From: an uncultured Nitrososphaeraceae archaeon
GTDB lineage: Archaea > Thermoproteota > Nitrososphaeria > Nitrososphaerales > Nitrososphaeraceae
Direction of reading: 5' to 3'
DNA: 64,000 bases
Assembly: GCA_963779615.1 (NCBI GenBank)
Contig: CAVZZA010000003.1
Location: forward strand, 192,001 to 256,000
How positions within the stretch are numbered: the first letter of the stretch is position 1; the number at the start of each line of letters is the position of its first letter. The notes under the pieces were generated by a model. That model was not told the origin of the DNA and searched no databases. It worked only from the letters and a program-made list of their open reading frames with translations. A program made the translations under genes and the position numbers. Positions 57,191 through 64,000 of this stretch are shown one piece after another.

Positions 57191-57781
57191 ATGTCAACAA
57201 CATGTACAATAGTTGAGGTTCCCGGAATAGTTGCAGCACTAAAACAATCCAAAAATTTTGACTGCTGGGCAGTTGTTACCACCATTCTTATCTCATGGCG
57301 TGAACAAATAGGCTATGATGTTCACACCATAATGGAAAGATTGGGATCAGAATACTTGAAAATGTATGAAGATGACACAGGGCTTCCAACAAACAAAATA
57401 AATGAGTGGATATTGGCATCTGGCTTGGTTGAAGAAAACCCCCAATGCTATTCACAATCCAAAACAAGGGACATTTTAAAGGAGTTTGGACCTGTTGTTT
57501 TTACCACGGCGCAAGATGAGAATGGTCTACACCTAATGCATGCAAGAATAATTACAGGCATGCAAAATGCAAATGGGCCAAATGCAAATGGAGATTGCAC
57601 AATATCCGATACTGATGCAACAGGGATATTGGGATTAGATCCTAGCAATGGTCATGCATTTACCCTTCCCTATTCTATGTTTGGGAAAGAACTTGAACAC
57701 CAACCGTCAGACTGCTACCTGTTTGCTCAAGCCGTCCATATGCCCGCGCAGTCTATGTTCATATCCAACCAACGAAAATAA
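57191..57781 (+). CDS. Papain-like cysteine protease, C70/AvrRpt2-like
   Basis: Q-x4-CW motif (KQSKNFDCWA..ISWR), HARIITG and LDP give a Cys/His/Asp triad. Confidence 0.7.
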   Translation: MSTTCTIVEVPGIVAALKQSKNFDCWAVVTTILISWREQIGYDVHTIMERLGSEYLKMYEDDTGLPTNKINEWILASGLVEENPQCYSQSKTRDILKEFGPVVFTTAQDENGLHLMHARIITGMQNANGPNANGDCTISDTDATGILGLDPSNGHAFTLPYSMFGKELEHQPSDCYLFAQAVHMPAQSMFISNQRK

Positions 57782-58268
57782 ATTTGTAAAAAACAATATC
57801 CAATAAAAATAATCATTCAAGGCTGCTGTTAGGGGGGGTTAAAATTATACTAGTTATCATCCCATTTCATCAATATAACATTTTTTGACAGATACACAGA
57901 TTTTATTAAAATCATTGGTTTTCTGATTGCCTTTTAGGGTTGCCACATGCATATCCAATATGACCATAATGACAATGGGGTTGTTTCCCAGGCTTTAAAT
58001 ATAGAGTCTGCAACGGGCTTTTCACTTTTACAAGAAAACCACGTTCAACCATTTACAAGATAATCGAATGCGAGGCTTAATTTTGATAACATTCCGTTAC
58101 TGTTGAAATTACTAATTAAATTACTAGTTATAATTATACTGAATACTCCCATTAAAATTCTTTATATTAATATTAGATTAAATTTTTTCTCTCATTGAAA
58201 CCCAAAAACACTTTGCTAATTAACATATTAATTTTTAATATATTATAAAATGCATCTGGATTCATAGT

Positions 58269-58628
58269 ATGAACTATACTAAAGGTTTATTATTGATGGC
58301 AGCCATGACGTCGTTATTAGTCATGGGAACAAGTGCCATCCCCATGCAATCGTATGCAGGTGAACACAAAAAAACAAGTGACTTTGAGTCATTAATAAAG
58401 GCAAGCTTTGAGATAGACAAAAAGAGTGCAAGCCAGCACTTGGACCAGGACAACTTCTGCTATAGAAGCGATAATTGCCAACAGGCAAATCAAGCCGTAC
58501 AAATAGTAGGTGAAGACAATGAAGCAATTGGATTCAACGACCAAAGTGCCAACTTGTCACCATCATCAGAAGATGGAACAGGAGAAGGCGATGGAGAGGA
58601 AAATGAGATAGGAGACGACTTCTGGTAA
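58269..58628 (+). CDS. Secreted lineage-specific protein; a 3' extension may be frameshifted
   Basis: Signal peptide ..PMQSYA; ASQHLDQDNFCYRSDNCQQANQ..GFNDQS. Confidence 0.65.
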   Translation: MNYTKGLLLMAAMTSLLVMGTSAIPMQSYAGEHKKTSDFESLIKASFEIDKKSASQHLDQDNFCYRSDNCQQANQAVQIVGEDNEAIGFNDQSANLSPSSEDGTGEGDGEENEIGDDFW

Positions 58629-58939
58629 CTGTACCAATTGGAGTCTGTTTTTTTCACCACTAGTTGGTGTAAACCTAACCATAGGAACGACATTGCCGAC
58701 AAGTAACTGCACCAATCCACCCGTGAAATGCATTACCTGGGCCATTAGTTGGTGAAAATTGTATTGCATGGTTTAGGGTGTTACAATCACAATAGCAAAA
58801 CCCGGGCAGTTGATTGACTGTGTCTTCCATGGTTACCTGTGCAAATATACCATTTAGGTCAATTTCTTGACCTAGCGCCAAATTTAAATGGCATGTTACG
58901 CATTAACAATCTTGATTTTTTTGCCTTTGATTCAAAATT

Positions 58940-59110
58940 AATTGCCTGATAGCCCTTTTTTCCCCAGTTGTTTGGCCACGTAAACCTTAGACATTAAAAA
59001 ACCTTTCCAATCTTTTTTTGATACTTTCCTATGGTCTCTGGCGACTTGGCGCAAACAGATACATATACAAGCACCTGGTCCCTGATTTTTGTTTTGTTTT
59101 ACCAACTCTT
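58940..59110 (-). pseudogene. Possible N-terminal relic of a Nitrososphaeraceae tyrosine integrase
   Basis: Piecing frames together gives MYLFA-KSPETIGKYQK-RLERFL-GLRGQT. This resembles, from memory, the YLYAxKSPxTRxKYxxRLxxF N-terminus of that family. Confidence 0.4.
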
Positions 59111-59429
59111 TTCATATATCTTGGTTTTGTAGGATTCACGTAAAGGAACCGTTATTGGAATGGGCCCAAGGGGGTTTGAGCATGGCAGGTAAGGGGTTCA
59201 ATAAACTCAATTACCAAATACTACTTATTTGAACATTCTTTAAAATCGAAACTACGGAATCCGTTTATGATAATTAGCCAAGGGATCGGCAATAGACACA
59301 CTATTGATTCTTCCGGATCCCTGAAAAAAGGATAATGTTTTTCTTAGTTTTTGAATAAGGGTTTTCTTTTATATTGTGATAAATTGGCAAAACCATATTT
59401 ATGTATGGAACGTTGTGGATGACAAGTGA

Positions 59430-60187
59430 ATGGAAAATCTATTTTTTGGGACGCCGATGCTTGTGACAATTTTTAAACACACAAGAAAAATGGGCCAACA
59501 TACTGATTCACAAAAGAAAATGGACTGGAAACGAAAATATATTGGATGAGGGGCGTCGTTCAGGAAGGATTACAAAAATCCTTTCCAAAACAATTACAAT
59601 GGAAAAATTTATGCGGTTGATAATGATACCAATATGATTAAAAAGGCAACAGAGAACCTGGGTGTTGTTGAAAATGTGAAACTTGTCCAAACAGATTTGC
59701 TGAATATCGAGTCTGCCAACATGCCCATAAACTTGATGCAATATTCTCTATGCCGTTTTGCACTAGATATGGACCATTATAAGGTATTTGAAAATTTTTA
59801 CTGCCCTCTAAACCCAGGCGGAGAGATATTGATTCGATGTTGAGTTTATGGAATGTTAAAAAAGACGTTGCCAGAATCTGGCAAATTTTTTTCTGAATGG
59901 AAAATCGACTGGAATTATGCAAAACCTGCAGACAGAAAATATCTTATAGCAGGCAGGCTATGAAAACATTGAAGTTTACCTGACAGAAACCTAGGCAAAT
60001 TTCAATAGTAAAAATGATTAATTTATTTATTTGAAAACAGTGGACCTGCGACCATACCAAAGTACCTACCATCAGAACAATCACGACTTGATTTGCTAAT
60101 ACAGTTATGCCATATAAGGAAAAACATCAACCTGATTTTTGCTGGAAACTGGATTATATACGCCTAACCGTTTCAGCATCGAAATAA
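59430..60187 (+). pseudogene. Tam-like SAM methyltransferase, heavily degraded
   Basis: WDA..QEKWANILI..WTGNENILDEG..SGRITKIL, LNPGGEILI and LDYIRL, with several frameshifts. Confidence 0.7.
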
Positions 60188-60216
60188 ACTAATGGATAAA
60201 GAGTCAAGAAGATATA

Positions 60217-60810
60217 ATGATGGAGCCTCAGAGAATAACAATTACAGGTAATGACATTATTTTGCGCCCTCCATCCACGACAGATTTGGAGGGTTTGCTC
60301 GATGCGGCAAAAGATGGAGAAATTTGGAAGAATCCATATGCAGTGTTTCCTAGTATTGGGGAAATGCCCGGTTATTTACAGGACTTGCTAAAAGACACAA
60401 AAACAATACTACCCTTTATAATAGATCTAAAAGAATCAAACAAGATAATAGGCTCAACACGATTCTTCAACATTGACCATGATAATTACCGTGTAGAAAT
60501 TGGCCATACTTGGATTACCAAATACTATCGCAGAACGGCAGTTAACACCGAAGCTAAATTTTTAATGCTGCGACATGCTTTTGAAAAGATGGATTGCATT
60601 GCAGTGGAGTTAAGAACCGATGTGTTAAATGATACATCTAGAAAGGCAATTGAAAGGCTTGGAGCAAAACAGGATGGAATATTAAGAGGTCACAAGATAA
60701 TGAGAGGATGAAGGATCAGGGACACTGTATGCTACAGCATCATAAAGGAAGAATGGCCAACCATCAAGGAAAAACTTTTGACAAAGATGATTAGTCATCA
60801 TGAGAGATAA
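60217..60810 (+). pseudogene. RimJ/RimL-type GNAT with an in-frame TGA
   Basis: EIGHTW..VNTEAKFLML..HKIMRG*RIRDTVCYSIIKEEWP. The stop at 60709-60711 sits where Gly is expected. Confidence 0.82.
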
Positions 60811-62066
60811 GAAATCCCATTAATTATAACAATAAAAATTTTGATTATAAGAAAATTCCACATATCTTTAAAAATCAACAATGGTTTTTGTACTTCAGAA
60901 AAGGGGTTATTGCTGTGCTGCAGCGTAGTTTCCCTTGTTCTTTTTGTGTTTTTTTTTGCTAAAGCATCACCTATTTCAACTACTGGACTGACTAACAAGG
61001 AGAATGTGACCACTATTGCGATTGAGGCAAAGAGGAGTTTTGTGTTTTTTTTTTGATTTGGATATGCTTCATTTTATTCATTCGTTTACTACTATGGAAA
61101 AATGAGATGACATTTGCTAACTAACTGCAATACTATAATATTCTAATGGTTTTAGAAAATTCATGGTCTCTTTGACGGAAATACGGTAACATGACGGGTA
61201 TTGGATGTGATTTGACTTGGAATATAGGACATGGGATTTGGCAAGTTAAGGCGGTTCAGTTGATGCCTTAGAATCACCCATAGTTAACCATCATTTTTGA
61301 GGTAAAATAGCAGTTTTGAGCCAAAGGGGTTTGAGGAGGCAGGTAAAGGGGGTTCAACAACTTTCTCATCAGATGCCAATCTAATTAATCCTTTTCCTGA
61401 TTTGAAGAATCGAATTAAAATACAGTGGATAAATCCAGGATTGATTTGTTATAAAATATCAGTGATTGATTTGTAGAAAAGTCTGAAAAGACTTTACAGA
61501 TCCATAACGTTAAATATTTACATACCAAATGAAAATGTCATCCAATCCCTTGAATTCCAAAACTCTAAAACAATTCTTTGGGTTTGGTTCACTATAATAC
61601 ACAATATATCCATAACAACAACAGCAACAAGTTATTCTGATCTCTCAAATGTCATGGAAAGGCCCGTCATTCTACAGAACAATTGGCTGTGGTTATTATG
61701 GACAAATACAGTATTTGATATTAGGCCCTTGACCATCATTCGTTTCACAATAACCAATCAAAACTCCAATTATTCGGTCAATCCAATCACCTGAAATTGA
61801 TGGATAGCCAAACTAACAAAGCTATTTCGCCAAAATAGCGAAGGAGAAGACCATATAACACTGTGCAGGGTTTTTGTCCCGTATCCTCATTCGACAATTA
61901 AGATGGGGTTGGGTTTATGAACAATTGCTTTAATAGTAAATACACCCACTGTTTTAGATTGATTATGGCTTGGGGGTGTAACTATTATCCTTTCTTTAAA
62001 ATATTTTAACCTATTCCAGATTTATCAAGATTTAGCATTGCACAAAAAAATAAAAAAATATTGAAG

Positions 62067-62480
62067 CTATTTTAAGAGATCTGCTGTAGCAGTAACATTA
62101 GTTCCCCCTATGCTATAAAAGGAAATAGTTTCCAGGGTGTTGAATGAATGGGATTGTCCGGGTTTTAGAACAAAGGATGGTTGGGTGACAAAATTGCTGA
62201 ATTTGCCTAACTGATTTCCGCCTTTGTCAAAAAAAGCAACGTCTACTTCTATATCATCTACGCTAGAGGTGCTATTGTTAACTATGTTTCCAGTTACCTC
62301 TGTTATTCCTGTCGGAGTTCTTGCTATTGAGATACCCTCCACTCTCAAATTAGTCTTGTTTGGGTCATTTTGACCATAAGCCATACTGTTGGTTGAAAAT
62401 TCGTCTATGCAAAGAGCCAAAGCAAAACTAACTAGCATTTGAGCAGAAAGCCACAATTTTTGCCCAAGTGTTTTTTCCAC
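62067..62480 (-). CDS. FxLYD-domain secreted protein
   Basis: Signal peptide; VTGNIVNNS, VAFFDKGGNQLG and LKPGQSHSF. Confidence 0.8.
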   Translation of the reverse strand: MEKTLGQKLWLSAQMLVSFALALCIDEFSTNSMAYGQNDPNKTNLRVEGISIARTPTGITEVTGNIVNNSTSSVDDIEVDVAFFDKGGNQLGKFSNFVTQPSFVLKPGQSHSFNTLETISFYSIGGTNVTATADLLK

Positions 62481-62789
62481 ATCTATCTTGCAATAGCCAT
62501 TTAGAAATACTTTTTGATTTTATTGAATCTGGAAGATTTGGTGAATTATGCCAACACTGCCGGTCAGACATGGCAAAGTTTAGTTTGCTACTACCTCCCC
62601 ACCTTATCCAAAGGATATTGTCAAGGAGTATTCAAAACCAACTTCAGCTTGGAAAAGGCGACTGCAAATCCGTCCACATCTTTGAAGACATTAGATGGCG
62701 GGGCACGGCTATCTAATCCCTTTTGTTGCAGCTACCTATGGGTAAAGCTGGAAACTTACATATCTTATGTTATTTATTCTAGTATTAAT

Positions 62790-63575
62790 GTGACAAGAGT
62801 TACCATTTGTCAGGTTAATTTACAAAACAACAAAACGAAGGCAATAAAACATATTCTGAAGATATTAAAGAAAATTGGATCATGCGATTCGGACATACTG
62901 TGCATGCCAGAATTATGGTACTCCAAAATTGTCACACATTTTGAATCGGAATTTATTGAAATAATTGATGCTGCAAAAGAATACAATATCACAATAATCC
63001 CAGGGGCATTTTTTGAAAGAAAAAACAAAGTTGATTCTAACAACAACAACTCATTACGCATTTCATCTCCTGTAGTTTCAAATAAAGGAACCATATTAGG
63101 CCGTCAGTTGAAAATCAATCCATTTGGGCTACAACGCAAAGCCGTAAAAGCCGGTACAACGGTACAGGTATTTGAAACTGGGAGTTTCAAGTTTGGAATA
63201 GGCATATGTTACGACATAGTTTTTCCAGAAGTATCCAGGGCATTAACTAAGAAAGGTGCAGATATACTCTTTTTCCCTTCAAAGATAAGAAATGAGGGTA
63301 CAAAGCCATGGCATATGTACGTCCAAGTAAGAGCGCTTGAAAACAGGATACCAATAGCCGCGCCAAACGTGTGCTGCAATGATACCTATAAAGGAAAAAG
63401 CATTTTTGTTGACTTTGATTATGATAACAGGACGGACATTGCCGTTCCAAAGATTAGATTTGGATCATCAGCAATTGAACAGATCCTTACAACGGATATT
63501 GATTTTAAACGCACAAGAAGAATACATAAGAAAAGGTTTGAAAATTTTCCAAATAGCTTTTATGACTTGCTTTGA
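62790..63575 (+). CDS. Carbon-nitrogen hydrolase (nitrilase/amidase superfamily)
   Basis: Glu/Lys/Cys triad in MPELW, LKINPF and ICYDIVFPE, plus RALEN. Start moved to GTG 62790. Confidence 0.9.
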   Translation: MTRVTICQVNLQNNKTKAIKHILKILKKIGSCDSDILCMPELWYSKIVTHFESEFIEIIDAAKEYNITIIPGAFFERKNKVDSNNNNSLRISSPVVSNKGTILGRQLKINPFGLQRKAVKAGTTVQVFETGSFKFGIGICYDIVFPEVSRALTKKGADILFFPSKIRNEGTKPWHMYVQVRALENRIPIAAPNVCCNDTYKGKSIFVDFDYDNRTDIAVPKIRFGSSAIEQILTTDIDFKRTRRIHKKRFENFPNSFYDLL

Positions 63576-64000
63576 AATATACAAAATGGTTATCCTTCAT
63601 GGTAAATGATGGTCAAGCTGATGAAAACTCAGGATTTATATCTTTGTTGTAGATTTGTATGTAAACGGCACAAATAATAACAACGGTACAGATTTTGGCG
63701 GACTGTGTGCTAGATCCGTAAAAATTGCTAACTAAATTCTTTTTAACGTGTATTACTCAAAAACCGATGAATCACGTGTAGGCATGATGAAAAACTATTT
63801 CCACTGTAAATCTGATTTTATCTCTCGTTCCCGCGGTATACCCTGCTTTTTTAGCGCATAAAGCTAAATGTCGGCCGGACTAGGCTAACCCGGCAAGTCT
63901 GGATGGTGGGCCACTACATGTCTCTCATACCAATCAACTGAACCAAAATCACTTTGATTAAAATATTAGCATTTAGGCAAAAAAACGCTCGTGTTTGGAA

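Noticed and set aside
59161-59201. Intact tRNA gene or ORB origin box
   Set aside because: Only a T-arm/acceptor-like fragment is present, with no D or anticodon arm, no ORB core and no cdc6 gene nearby.
60709-60711. In-frame TGA (also at 23192-23194) as selenocysteine or recoding
   Set aside because: The GNAT position is normally Gly (GGA to TGA is a single change). TGA is an ordinary stop elsewhere in the window and no SECIS-like element was seen.
63820-63930. GC-richer stretch as a structured RNA
   Set aside because: No tRNA, SRP or RNase P features could be folded by eye; an Infernal search would be needed.

Overview
AT-rich (roughly one-third GC by eye) archaeal DNA. Its gene families and style (PQQ sugar dehydrogenase, FxLYD, YVTN, TMEM175, GYD, class III cyclase, characteristic secreted paralogs and transposases) point to a soil Nitrososphaeraceae thaumarchaeote, probably Nitrosocosmicus-like. 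This is inference: no amo, rRNA or tRNA genes are in the window. The region is accessory, with many pseudogenes and IS relics, but it holds two intact metabolic cassettes. The first is a complete glycine cleavage system with its own lipoylation genes (lpd, lplA, lplB, gcvPB, gcvPA, gcvH, gcvT, divergent lipA; 32343-40079). The second is a three-subunit biotin-dependent acyl-CoA carboxylase (13688-17345) that looks more like bacterial PccB than the usual AOA carbon-fixation enzyme. A higher-GC island of about 6.8 kb (1444-8247) is bounded by an exact 15-bp direct repeat and carries redox genes, a catalase-like relic and an HTH protein next to 11-bp tandem repeats. Other notable items are an AvrRpt2-like (C70) cysteine protease, an anchored bilobed aspartic-protease-like protein, an unannotated 40-aa zinc finger, and a dispersed GGGCCCAAGGGG motif with one copy beside an integrase relic. 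No CRISPR array was seen. All product calls come from reading motifs by eye, not from database searches.
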